Shown here: positions 17,626 to 27,013 of the stretch, one piece after another
Layout of the letters: every line of letters starts with the position of its first letter
How positions within the stretch are numbered: position 1 is the first letter of the stretch
Assembly: GCA_036009765.1 (NCBI GenBank)
Contig: DASYLB010000044.1
Location: 6,989-70,988, forward strand
From: Pyrinomonadaceae bacterium
GTDB taxonomy: Bacteria; Acidobacteriota; Blastocatellia; Pyrinomonadales; Pyrinomonadaceae
Length of the DNA stretch: 64,000 nt
Direction of reading: 5' to 3'
Notes under the pieces: generated by a model
Databases searched by the model: none
Told to the model about the DNA's origin: nothing
What the model saw: the letters and a program-made list of their open reading frames with translations, nothing else
Made by a program: the position numbers and the translations under genes

Positions 17626-18318
17626 CTACGGTGCCGGGTTCTTCATCACGACGATCACTGAATTCTTCACACCGTAATCGTCGTCTTTCGTGTTCGGATT
17701 CTCCGGATCAAGCAGCCAGTTTCCGTCGATGATGAACTTGTACGCGTGCTCACCTGGTTCCAGATCGATACGGCAAATCCATTCATCGCCTGCGCGTGCA
17801 AGAACGTATTGTGATTGGTTCCAGTTGTTGAAAGAGCCGGCCAGCGCGACGATACTCGCATCAGCGTAGCCCTTCAATCTGAACGTTGTGTTGCCCTTGA
17901 GACTTGGCGGCGGGAGCGTAACTCTAGCAGCAATATACTTCGCGCCTTCGTATGCAAATTCGACGCTGACAATCTTGCCATCCTCGTCTTTGTTGAAGGA
18001 GAGTGGCGTGCCTTCGATTTCGTCAACGAACACTGTCTTCGATTTGTGCAGCAGTCTACGTTTCTTAACGACTGACGGCTTCACCCAAAGCTCGCCATTT
18101 TCCAAGGTGACGTCGAGGGTTGAGACAGGAATGATGCCGGCGTCGATTCCGTATCTGCCGACGTATTTCTTTAAAGTTTCAGGATCGATCTTGCGAGGCG
18201 CCGGTTGTTGGAGCGGCGATGAGGTCAGTACCGCTTGCGGTAGCGGGCGGGTCTCACCGATGGAAGATAAGAGAAATACACAAAGCATCAAGTGCAAACT
18301 ACTCATGCGATCCCCCAT
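17626..18318 (-). CDS. Secreted protein with C-terminal CBM48/AMPK-beta-type glycogen-binding module
   Basis: GSFNNWNQSQYVLARAGDEWICRIDLEPGEHAYKFIIDGNWLLDPENP matches the CBM48 pattern. Signal peptide MSSLHLMLCVFLLSSIG. The second ATG at 18306 may be the real start. Confidence 0.7.
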   Translation of the reverse strand: MGDRMSSLHLMLCVFLLSSIGETRPLPQAVLTSSPLQQPAPRKIDPETLKKYVGRYGIDAGIIPVSTLDVTLENGELWVKPSVVKKRRLLHKSKTVFVDEIEGTPLSFNKDEDGKIVSVEFAYEGAKYIAARVTLPPPSLKGNTTFRLKGYADASIVALAGSFNNWNQSQYVLARAGDEWICRIDLEPGEHAYKFIIDGNWLLDPENPNTKDDDYGVKNSVIVVMKNPAP

Positions 18319-18354
18319 CTCGAGACCCGCCCGCTATCGCGACGCGGTACTAAC
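18223..18354. repeat. Repeat family C copy whose arms flank the start codon and signal peptide of the CBM48 gene
   Basis: Arm GGTCAGTACCGCTTGCGGTAGCGGGCGGGTCTC (18223-18255) pairs with GAGACCCGCCCGCTATCGCGACGCGGTACTAAC (18322-18354). Confidence 0.6.
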
Positions 18355-18359
18355 AAGAG

Positions 18360-20504
18360 CTAGTACTGCCAATTCACATTCACAAAGCCCGTGCCGCTGC
18401 TCGGGACCGTGTAGGTATGGTTTGAACCATTCTCCCACGTGACCGCGCCCCCGGCGGCAATCTTGATGAACTTGAATTGGATCGTTTGCCCCGCCGGCAT
18501 GCTTGCCGTCAGGAACCAGTTGGGATAGTTAGGCGTCAACATCGGTCCGACAGCGCCGTCCCAGGTTGTGCTCCAGGCGCCAAGCTCTACCGTGTTTCCT
18601 GTCAGGAAGATGTAGTCGCCCGTCGACGTTGGTGTGGCGTTGTTGACCGTGAACGTGATCGGTATCAGCTTCGCAGTCAGCACGGTGTATTGAATGCCGT
18701 TCGAAACCGTGCCGCCTGAATTCGTCACGGTCACGTTGTAGCTGCCATTTGCAACTGATGGCGTGGTAACAACGATCTGTGTCGCCGACCACGAGTTTAC
18801 AGTGGCCGTCGTCGTGCCGAATTTCACACTGCCGCCACTGGCGCCAAAGTTACGTCCGGCAATAACGGTCTTGACGCCCGGCTGTCCAGCAGTCGGACCG
18901 ATTGAGCCGATTTCCGGTGACGCCGCGCCCTCGGTGAACTGCCAAACGGAAACAGCGTGCGCCGGCAGCGTGAAGGTCGAGACGGGATTGTTGCCGCCTG
19001 ATCCGGAACCGACGGTGATCGAAACTCCGCCGAGCAAACCTGTCAGGTTGTCCGTCTGGGTGCCGACAGGCAGCGACGTATTCAGACCGCTGATGCTGTA
19101 ACCAGTCGTCTCGTTTTTGTTGATGGCCACCAGTACGACGCTGCCGAAGAACTTGCGTTCGTAGATGTACACGTCATTGCTCATCCAACGCTGCGTCATC
19201 GATCCGTAGGGAATCGCTGGATTGCTGCGACGAAGAGATGACAACTTATTCGTGAGCGTGTACGCCGTGGTCGAAGTCGAGAAGGCCGGCATCATCGGGC
19301 GATTGTAGGGGTCCGTGCCGCCGCTGGTGTCGTTGTGCAGATATTGCTCGGTGCCGTAGTAGATACACGGGATGCCGCGCGCGGTAAGCACGAACGACAT
19401 CGCCTCGTGCAATCGGTTGTTGTTATTGTTCACGGAAAGAAAACGCGCCATATCGTGGTTGTCGATAAAGGTGACGAGGTCTTCCTTCCAGGTAAAGTTG
19501 CCAGCTTCCGCCGTCAGCACGGTGTCGATGTCGGAGAAATTCGAGTTGGAAGCGAAGACGCTGCGGATCGCCTGGTTGAGCGGGAAATCGAGCATCGACA
19601 TGCCGCTCTTGTTCGCGAACTTGTATGAGTCATGATAAAGCGGGTCGGAGGTGTTTCCCTGATACCACTCACCAAACAGGAAGCTATCGCCGTAAGTATA
19701 GATGGAATTTGCGAAGCTATATTCCCAACCCCAGTTCACGTGCTTGATCGCATCGATGCGGAAACCATCGACGCCGTGCTGCTGAAAGAGCTGCGCGGCG
19801 GATTTCAGGTAAGCATCGATGGTCGCGTGTTCCGAGTTAAGATCGGCGAGGTCGAACAGCGTGTAGTACTCGACCTGATAACGATCGTCCCAACCGCCGC
19901 CGGAGATGTTGGCGTTGTGGTGGAAGTAGCCGTTGCTGTCCGAAGTGTAGTTACCGACGAAGGTGCCGTTGTCATAAAGCGCACCATACTCGCCGGCGTT
20001 GTCCTGGTTGGAATGATTGGGCGCAAAGTCGATCACGACCTTGATGCCGGCTGCATGCGCCGCGGTCACCATGGCGTCGAAGTCGGTCCAGGTGTTGCTG
20101 CTGTTGCCGAAGTGTTCCTCGATGCGTTTGAAGTCGCGGGCCTGGTAGCCGTGGTAGGAAGCCTGCGGGTTGCCGCCGCCGTCGGGAATGTTGACGTTCA
20201 GATTGTCGACGGGGGGCGAGATCCAAATTGTAGTGACGCCCATACCCGCGAGATACGACATCTTCGCTTGTATGCCCTGAAGGTCGCCGCCCCAGTAGAG
20301 TCGCCAATTTGTTTTGGTCGAGTCATATAAGCCGGAACTTTGGGCCGGGTTGTTGTTGGCGCTATTTCCGTCAAAGAACCTGTCAGTGATGATTTGGTAA
20401 ATGACTTCGCGTTTGAAATCGGCCGCAAAGGCGCCGGTGAGTGGATTGAAAAGAAGTGAGAGAAGAAACGCGACTCCAGCGAGTCTGAATGTGAGCTGGC
20501 GCAT
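18360..20504 (-). CDS. GH13 cyclomaltodextrin glucanotransferase-like alpha-amylase with IPT/TIG and CBM20 domains
   Basis: VIYQIITDRFFDGNSANN, DFAPNH, GFRIDAIKHV, FGEWY and FIDNHD conserved regions. TLFDLADLN has an aromatic residue at the CGTase centre position. C-terminal CBM20 (GNTVELGAW...QFKFIK). Confidence 0.85.
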   Translation of the reverse strand: MRQLTFRLAGVAFLLSLLFNPLTGAFAADFKREVIYQIITDRFFDGNSANNNPAQSSGLYDSTKTNWRLYWGGDLQGIQAKMSYLAGMGVTTIWISPPVDNLNVNIPDGGGNPQASYHGYQARDFKRIEEHFGNSSNTWTDFDAMVTAAHAAGIKVVIDFAPNHSNQDNAGEYGALYDNGTFVGNYTSDSNGYFHHNANISGGGWDDRYQVEYYTLFDLADLNSEHATIDAYLKSAAQLFQQHGVDGFRIDAIKHVNWGWEYSFANSIYTYGDSFLFGEWYQGNTSDPLYHDSYKFANKSGMSMLDFPLNQAIRSVFASNSNFSDIDTVLTAEAGNFTWKEDLVTFIDNHDMARFLSVNNNNNRLHEAMSFVLTARGIPCIYYGTEQYLHNDTSGGTDPYNRPMMPAFSTSTTAYTLTNKLSSLRRSNPAIPYGSMTQRWMSNDVYIYERKFFGSVVLVAINKNETTGYSISGLNTSLPVGTQTDNLTGLLGGVSITVGSGSGGNNPVSTFTLPAHAVSVWQFTEGAASPEIGSIGPTAGQPGVKTVIAGRNFGASGGSVKFGTTTATVNSWSATQIVVTTPSVANGSYNVTVTNSGGTVSNGIQYTVLTAKLIPITFTVNNATPTSTGDYIFLTGNTVELGAWSTTWDGAVGPMLTPNYPNWFLTASMPAGQTIQFKFIKIAAGGAVTWENGSNHTYTVPSSGTGFVNVNWQY

Positions 20505-20608
20505 ATATGAACTCCATTCTATTTACAGGGCTGGTTTGGGAGTTGAGGCACATGAATCATACAACTAATGAGAGATGAAGTCAGTAGCAGCGTCAAGTGA
20601 TGCTGGGA

Positions 20609-20757
20609 ACGAGCGGGGGCAAGCCCCCTTCCTTACGCTGAGGCTACTGCCTTGAGGCGTCACTTCGACCGAGATCGCTTTTCAATGGCGCAAGTTCAGA
20701 ATCGTAATCTCAAGTATGAGAGTCTCGCGGGTGGGAAGGGTGCCTTGCCCCCGCTCC
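20609..20757. repeat. MITE family A, complete copy, inverted relative to 17463-17615
   Basis: ACGAGCGGGGGCAAGCCCCCTTCCTTACGC ... GGGTGGGAAGGGTGCCTTGCCCCCGCTCCT. Its interior is the reverse complement of the 17463 copy interior. Confidence 0.8.
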
Positions 20758-20782
20758 TGTCTTAGCCAATCACTTGACGCGC

Positions 20783-22825
20783 CTACTTCAAATATTTGTC
20801 CATCCAATCCTGCACGGTGTGATACCAGAGCTGTGAATTCTGCGGCTTCAACACCCAGTGCCCTTCATCCGGAAACATCAACATCTTTGAGTCAATGCCC
20901 ATGCGCTGAACTGCAGTGAACAATTGCAGTCCTTCTCCAAACGGTACGCGGAAGTCCAAGTCACTGTGAATGATCAGCATTGGTGTTTTGAAGTTTTTCA
21001 CGAACTTGTGTGGCGACCAGCGTGTGTACATCAAGGGATTGGTCCAGGGCGTGCCCTTAAATTCCCACTCGGCAAACCAAAGCTCCTCGGTAGCGCCATA
21101 CATGCTTTCGAGATTGTAAACGCCGTCGTGCGAGACAAGAACTTTGAAGTTAAAGCGCGGATCGCTATTGTGCCCCTGGATCCAGTTGATCATGTAACCG
21201 CCATAACTCGCGCCGGCAGCGCCAATGCGATTCCTGTCGATGAACGGACTACGACGGAGCACGTCAGCAACCCCATTCATGATGTCCACGTAGGGTTTGC
21301 CGCCCCAATCGCCGCTGATGTCGTCGATAAACTTCTGACCGTAGCCGGTAGAGCCGCGCGGGTTCGGCAGAAAGGCTATGTAACCGTTGTTGGCCCAGAT
21401 TTGTGGGTTCCAGCGATAGCCCCAACTGTCGTTGAAAGCGCTTTGCGGTCCGCCGTGAATGATGACCGCGAGCGGATACTTCTTGTTCGGATCGAAGTCC
21501 GGCGGCTTAACGATGAACCCGTGAATTTTTTTGCCCAGCGCGCCAACCCATTCGACCTCTTCGGCTTTCTGCAAGGCGAATGGAGTCATCAAGTTTCCGT
21601 TCGCATTCGTGAGTTGGGCAGTTGGGCCCTCGTCAATATCAGTGCGAAAGATTTCAGTGGGCATCGCCATCGTGCTGTGCGCATAGATTAACGTTTTTCC
21701 GTCGGGCGTGATTTGCAGACCGGAAGCTGAAACATTGGGAACCATCTTTTGTGGTTCGGCGCCGCCAAGCGGGACGCGATAGATTGGCAAGCGACCACGC
21801 TCGCCGGCGATGAAGTAAGCGTAGTTTCCATCTGACGACAAAACGACTTCTTCAACCTGCAGATCAAATTTCTTCACGATTTCCGTGCTCACACCGGTCG
21901 CGCGGTTGTAAGACATCAGGCGCCAACGGTCAGCTTCGAATCCGGCCCTGGCCTGGGAGCGATAGATAATCGACTTGCCATCGCGGGTGAAGATCGGGCT
22001 GACGTCGTAGCCGTGATTGTTAGCGGTAATGTTTTTCGCGGGGCCGCCGGAAAGCTGCAAAACGTAAATATCGCTGTTAGTGGAAATCGCTTCAACTTTA
22101 TCCGGGTTGCGAATGTACGCCAGCTCTTTCGAGTCAGGCGAGAAGCTAAAGTCCACGTTGGAGCTGGCGGCGTAGGGAGGGGAATCGAAGTCGCCGGGAG
22201 TTAAGTCTCGCGCGGCGCCGCCCTGACTCGCAACTACAAATACATGCGTGCGCTTGACGTCGCGCCACTCGTCCCAGTGGCGGAAAAGCAGCCGTGTCGT
22301 GATGTGCGCTTTTACTTTGCTGTTTTGGGCGGCTTCGTCTTTTTTCTTGTTGCAGTCGTCATCAGTGCAATTGGGATGGACTTCGGAGGTAAACGCGAGC
22401 CATTTACCATCTGGTGACCAAACCGGCGCGGCCGCTTCGGTTGAGATTTTCGTCACTTTGTCTTTGTTGTCGCCATCGTCTTCCATGGTCCAAAGCTGCC
22501 CGCCAGTTACGTAAGCGATCCTCTTGCCCTCGGGCGACCAACGCGGCGAGGTTGCGGAGCTGGCGCCATTAGTGAGTTGCTTGAGGTCGCTGCCGTCGAT
22601 CTTCATAACGTAGATTTGCGTGATGACCTTGTTGGCGTCCCAATTCACATCGCCGATCGTAAAAGCAACGCGTCTGCCGTTAGGTGAAATCTGCGGATCG
22701 CCAACGCGCCGGACTTTCAGCAAGTCTTCAACGGTGAAACGACGACTCGCCTGCCCGCTGGCAATTGTGGCGAATGAGAACAGGCCAAGCACAAGAACAG
22801 ATATGGCGATGACGAAACGCTTCAT
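20783..22825 (-). CDS. Secreted S9 prolyl-oligopeptidase-family serine peptidase with N-terminal beta-propeller
   Basis: Signal peptide. TolB/WD40-like repeats (SPDGK, SPRWSPEGK). Nucleophile elbow GASYGGYM. C-terminal DFRVP ... DEGHW catalytic Asp/His region. Confidence 0.85.
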   Translation of the reverse strand: MKRFVIAISVLVLGLFSFATIASGQASRRFTVEDLLKVRRVGDPQISPNGRRVAFTIGDVNWDANKVITQIYVMKIDGSDLKQLTNGASSATSPRWSPEGKRIAYVTGGQLWTMEDDGDNKDKVTKISTEAAAPVWSPDGKWLAFTSEVHPNCTDDDCNKKKDEAAQNSKVKAHITTRLLFRHWDEWRDVKRTHVFVVASQGGAARDLTPGDFDSPPYAASSNVDFSFSPDSKELAYIRNPDKVEAISTNSDIYVLQLSGGPAKNITANNHGYDVSPIFTRDGKSIIYRSQARAGFEADRWRLMSYNRATGVSTEIVKKFDLQVEEVVLSSDGNYAYFIAGERGRLPIYRVPLGGAEPQKMVPNVSASGLQITPDGKTLIYAHSTMAMPTEIFRTDIDEGPTAQLTNANGNLMTPFALQKAEEVEWVGALGKKIHGFIVKPPDFDPNKKYPLAVIIHGGPQSAFNDSWGYRWNPQIWANNGYIAFLPNPRGSTGYGQKFIDDISGDWGGKPYVDIMNGVADVLRRSPFIDRNRIGAAGASYGGYMINWIQGHNSDPRFNFKVLVSHDGVYNLESMYGATEELWFAEWEFKGTPWTNPLMYTRWSPHKFVKNFKTPMLIIHSDLDFRVPFGEGLQLFTAVQRMGIDSKMLMFPDEGHWVLKPQNSQLWYHTVQDWMDKYLK

Positions 22826-22925
22826 AGAAAATCCTCTCCAAATGGCGTGAAATTGTAGTGGGAAGCAACGGCATTATTACATTAATAAATTTTTCGCGCA
22901 CGGAGGGTCGCCTGTCAGCGGCGAT

Positions 22926-23107
22926 AAGAAGGTAGGCAGAGTTGAAACGTCTGCAGTGCGCGTCCAATGTTTCAAGCGCATCGGAGATGCGCAGCGAAGG
23001 TAGCCGGAGGTGAAACCTCTGGATCACTTCAACGCGCAATCAATTGAATTACTCTTGTCACCAGACGTTTCACGTCTGGCTACCTTCTGTGCGCATCGCC
23101 GATGCGC
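22926..23107. repeat. Repeat family F (GAAGGTAGCC..GTGAAAC..CTGG): inverted pair plus an extra partial unit
   Basis: GCGCATCGGAGATGCGCAGCGAAGGTAGCCGGAGGTGAAACCTCTGG (22976-23022) pairs with CCAGACGTTTCACGTCTGGCTACCTTCTGTGCGCATCGCCGATGCGC (23061-23107). A partial unit lies at 22926-22965. Confidence 0.6.
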
Positions 23108-23293
23108 ATTGGTCCTGCACAGCTTGGTCCAAGAAAGCGATGGACAACCCAATCGCAAACACTTATCCTAAGACTTCTTGTCCCCCAAACCTCTCAGGTT
23201 AAGATTTTCTCGTTGGGGGTTATTTCGATGCTCGCCGTCTCTTACAACCAAAGCAAAGCTGCGAAAAGTCATTTTAGCAATTTGGCAAGTGTG

Positions 23294-25429
23294 ATGCGCT
23301 TAATCGCGTTGGCCTTCCTCTGGCCGTTGTTTGCGTCAGCCGTATTGTTGCCGGCAGGCGTGAAAGCGGCGACGCTGCCCGCCAATTTTACCGAGACGAC
23401 GTTTGCCAGCGGCTTTTCCAACCCAACTGCCATGGCCTTCGCGCCGGATGGACGCCTTTTCGTTAGTCAGCAGACCGGGCAGTTGCGCGTCTTCAAAAAT
23501 GGCGCGCTGCTCGCGACGCCTTTCGTGTCGCTTACAGTTGATTCAAACGGCGAGCGCGGCTTGCTTGGTGTGGCTTTCGATCCAAACTTCGCCACTAATA
23601 GTTTCGTCTACGTTTATTACACGGCCACCACTCCGCAAGTACACAACCGGGTCAGTCGCTTTACCGCGAGCGCCGGGAATCCTGACGTCGCCGCGGCCGG
23701 CAGTGAAGTCCCTATTCTTGATCTTAATAATCTGAGCGGAGCGACCAATCACAACGGCGGCGCCATTCACTTTGGTCCCGATGGCAAGCTCTACATCGCG
23801 GTGGGCGAGAATGCGAACCCGGCAAACTCGCAATCAGTCGGCAACCTGTTAGGAAAAATTCTGCGAATCAATTCAGACGGCACAATCCCCGGCGACAATC
23901 CCACCACCTTCCCGGGAATCGCCGGCTCACCCACCGGCCTTAATTTAGCCATCTGGTCAGTTGGTTTGCGAAATCCCTACACGTTCACGTTTCATCCCAC
24001 TACCGGCAGGATGTTCATTAACGACGTCGGCCAAAACGTGTGGGAAGAAATCAACGATGGGATTGCCGGATCCAACTACGGCTGGTCGATCTGTGAGGGA
24101 TTTTGCGCGCCGCCGAACGCAAACTTTCGCGATCCGCTATTTCGCTACGGACATGGCAGCAGTGAGACAACCGGCTGCGCAATTACAGGCGGGGCTTTCT
24201 ACCATCCAGCGGTTGCGAATTTTCCCGTCGACTACGTTGACAAGTATTTCTATGCCGAGTTCTGCACCGGTTGGATCCGCCGCTTCGATCCAGCCACTGG
24301 TACCGACACCGCCTTCGCGACGGGTGCATCAAGTCCCGTAGATCTCATCGTTACAGCGGACGGCAGTCTATATTACCTGGCGCGCGGCGATGGGGCCGTA
24401 TTTCGCGTTCGCTTCACCGGACCAACTAATTCCTTTGGCGATGTCAACGGCAGGATCTCGAACAGCAGCAATGGCAACGGTGTTTCCGGAGTCGTCATTC
24501 GACTAACCGGCACGCAGAACCGTAAGACCATCACTGATACCAACGGCGACTATCACTTCGACCAGGTTCAGACCAACGGCATCTACACGCTAACGCCATC
24601 ACGTGTGAACTTCGCATTCACTCCAACCGAGCGCTCACTGAGCCAGCTGGGAAACACCACGAACGCGCCGTTTGGCGCTATCGCCGCCGGCACCGCGAAT
24701 AATCCGCTCGATACGCCCGAGTATTTTGTTCGCCAACACTATGTCGACTTTCTGAACCGCGAGCCGGACGAGAGCGGCTTCAACTTCTGGAGCGATCAGA
24801 TTATCGGTTGTGGCAGTGATCCGGTTTGCCTCGAGCGCAAACGGATCAATGTCTCCGCTGCGTATTTCCTTTCGATAGAGTTTCAACAGACGGGCGGGTT
24901 GGTCAACGGTTTGTACCGGACGAGTTTTGACCGGCGGCCGTTTTATGCCGAGTTCGTTCCTGATTCGCAAACTGTTGGGCTGAATGTAATCGTAGGGAAA
25001 GTCGGTTGGGAAGCCCTGTTGGAAGCAAACAAACAGGCGTTTGTGAATGCCTGGGTACAGCGTCCGGCTTTCGTTAATGCGTATGGCAATCTGTCGAATG
25101 ATGCTTACGTCGACACGCTAATCAGTCACACCGGAGTCAGCTTCACCACTAATGAGCGCAATGCGCTGGTTGCGAGTTTAGTAAATCAAAGCGCGACTCG
25201 CGCCCAGGTATTGCGGCAAATCGCCGAAGACTCCCGTTTCGTCAGTCTGAAATTTAACGAGACGTTTGTGATGATGGAATACTTCGGTTATCTCCGCCGC
25301 GATCCGGATGCCGCGGGCTTCCAGTTTTGGCTCGACAAGCTAAACCAGTTCAACGGCAACTTCGAACAAGCAGACATGGTCAAGGCGTTCATCGTTTCTG
25401 GTGAATATCGCGATCGGTTTCCACAGTAA
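23294..25429 (+). CDS. Secreted PQQ-dependent sugar dehydrogenase (GSDH family) fused to a CarboxypepD_reg-like domain and two DUF4214 repeats
   Basis: FASGFSNPTAMAFAPDGRLFVSQQTGQLRVF, ERGLLGVAFDPNF and HNGGAIHFGPDGKLYI. Then GRISNSSNGNGVSGVVIRLTG. Then FVRQHYVDFLNREPDESGFNFW and YFGYLRRDPDAAGFQFW (DUF4214). I chose ATG 23294 for the signal peptide MRLIALAFLWPLFASA. Confidence 0.8.
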   Translation: MRLIALAFLWPLFASAVLLPAGVKAATLPANFTETTFASGFSNPTAMAFAPDGRLFVSQQTGQLRVFKNGALLATPFVSLTVDSNGERGLLGVAFDPNFATNSFVYVYYTATTPQVHNRVSRFTASAGNPDVAAAGSEVPILDLNNLSGATNHNGGAIHFGPDGKLYIAVGENANPANSQSVGNLLGKILRINSDGTIPGDNPTTFPGIAGSPTGLNLAIWSVGLRNPYTFTFHPTTGRMFINDVGQNVWEEINDGIAGSNYGWSICEGFCAPPNANFRDPLFRYGHGSSETTGCAITGGAFYHPAVANFPVDYVDKYFYAEFCTGWIRRFDPATGTDTAFATGASSPVDLIVTADGSLYYLARGDGAVFRVRFTGPTNSFGDVNGRISNSSNGNGVSGVVIRLTGTQNRKTITDTNGDYHFDQVQTNGIYTLTPSRVNFAFTPTERSLSQLGNTTNAPFGAIAAGTANNPLDTPEYFVRQHYVDFLNREPDESGFNFWSDQIIGCGSDPVCLERKRINVSAAYFLSIEFQQTGGLVNGLYRTSFDRRPFYAEFVPDSQTVGLNVIVGKVGWEALLEANKQAFVNAWVQRPAFVNAYGNLSNDAYVDTLISHTGVSFTTNERNALVASLVNQSATRAQVLRQIAEDSRFVSLKFNETFVMMEYFGYLRRDPDAAGFQFWLDKLNQFNGNFEQADMVKAFIVSGEYRDRFPQ

Positions 25430-25447
25430 CCCGAAAGATTAGTAGAA

Positions 25448-25526
25448 AGTAGCCGGTGGTCGAAGCGCAACCTAGACCACCGGCTAATATCCGCCAACCC
25501 TCCGGGGAAGACGCCAACCGGCTACT
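25448..25526. repeat. Repeat family D, short copy (AGTAGCCGGTGGTCGAAGCGC ... CCGGCTACT)
   Basis: The ends match the family D termini at 11427 and 61675. Confidence 0.55.
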
Positions 25527-25613
25527 GTCTCTCCAAAACTCCGCGGCATTCCCCATAATCCTCACCTGATCGCCAGTCAATAGATTAGAATCCCTCGGTC
25601 TCGACCCGATCCA

Positions 25614-26951
25614 ATGACTCGCCGAATAATCGTTGCCATTCTTCGTTTCGCTATGCGCGTCTATTTCCGGCGCGTTGAAGTTGTTGGCATTGAGCACGTG
25701 CCCCTCGACAGTCCAGTGATCTTTGTCCTCAATCATCCAAACGCGCTGGTCGATCCTGCAGTTCTGCTTTCGCAGGCGCCGCGGCGCGTTTCGTTTTTAG
25801 CTAAGTCGCCGTTGTTTCGCACGCCGGTACTCGGTTTCTTTGTCCGAGCCATGGACTGTATCCCGGTATATCGCAAGCAGGACGAAGGCGAGGACATCTC
25901 CAAGAACAGCGAAACGTTCGCGGCAGCTCGGAAACTGCTGGCGCGGGGCGGCACCATCGGTATCTGTCCGGAAGGGATATCGCATGACGAGCCTCGTCTA
26001 ATGCCCATCAAAACCGGCGCCGCGCGCATTGCCCTGGGCGCCGTTTCCACTGGTGAAGTTTCCGAGTTGAAAATTGCCCCCGCCGGTCTCTACTACACTT
26101 CGAAGACAAAATTCCGCAGCGCCGCGTTGCTCTACTTTGGAAAACCGATCCTCGTGGAACCAGTCCCACTTGAAGCAGATGGGAATCCACCACGCGCTGC
26201 GGTCCGCGAGCTTTCTGATCGCATCGAGAATGCGCTTCGAGAAGTGATGCTCGACGCGTTACACGAAGAAGCGTTGCAGACCATCAGCCGAGCGGAAAGA
26301 ATTTTCTCGTCCGAGACTAGCGACGAGGGAAGCGAGAGTCTTGCCGAGGAGTTGCAGTTGCAGCAACGTTTCGTCAAGGCGTATCGAGTCTTGCAGGACC
26401 GCGCGCCGGAACGTCTGCGGCGACTTGAAGTGCGCATGAGCCGTTTTGAAGAAGAACTCATTCAGGCGGGTGTCGACCCCGACGATCTTTCAGCGCCGAA
26501 GTCTACGCTGGATGTGTTCGCGCACTTGATTAGTCGGGTGTTGATTTTTCTGTTTCTCATTGCGCCGGCTTTGCTGGGCTTCTTCGTTCATTATCCTGCC
26601 TATCGTCTCGGTGGTTATCTGGCCACGCAATTTTCGAAGAACGACGACGACGTGGTTTCGACTGTCAAGATCATGTCGGCGATGTTGTTGTTTCCGCTCA
26701 CCTGGTTGGTGGCCGCGCTTGCGGGATACAAACTTGAAGGATGGCTGCTGGCGCTGGCGGCAGTCACGCTGATTCCAGCCGCGGGCTATCTCGCGATTCT
26801 ATTTTTTGAGGGTTTTGACGAGTTTATGGGCGGACTGCGAGCGCTGGCCTTCTTTCTGGTGAGGCGCAGGTTCTTTGTGCGACTGCTTGCAGAACGCAAA
26901 GCAATTCGCAGCGAAATTCTCGCTCTCGGCAAGGAGACCGCGAATCTTTAG
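25614..26951 (+). CDS. PlsC-family lysophospholipid/glycerol-phosphate acyltransferase with C-terminal membrane domain
   Basis: HX4D box LNHPNALVD. Also FLAKSPLF, CPEGISHD and PIKTGAARIALG acyltransferase blocks. C-terminal TM helices. Confidence 0.8.
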   Translation: MTRRIIVAILRFAMRVYFRRVEVVGIEHVPLDSPVIFVLNHPNALVDPAVLLSQAPRRVSFLAKSPLFRTPVLGFFVRAMDCIPVYRKQDEGEDISKNSETFAAARKLLARGGTIGICPEGISHDEPRLMPIKTGAARIALGAVSTGEVSELKIAPAGLYYTSKTKFRSAALLYFGKPILVEPVPLEADGNPPRAAVRELSDRIENALREVMLDALHEEALQTISRAERIFSSETSDEGSESLAEELQLQQRFVKAYRVLQDRAPERLRRLEVRMSRFEEELIQAGVDPDDLSAPKSTLDVFAHLISRVLIFLFLIAPALLGFFVHYPAYRLGGYLATQFSKNDDDVVSTVKIMSAMLLFPLTWLVAALAGYKLEGWLLALAAVTLIPAAGYLAILFFEGFDEFMGGLRALAFFLVRRRFFVRLLAERKAIRSEILALGKETANL

Positions 26952-27013
26952 CCAGTGGTTTTCTTGTAATCAGTCAGGCGAGGGGAGTGGGGGATCTGCC
27001 ACCTTGTACTGAA

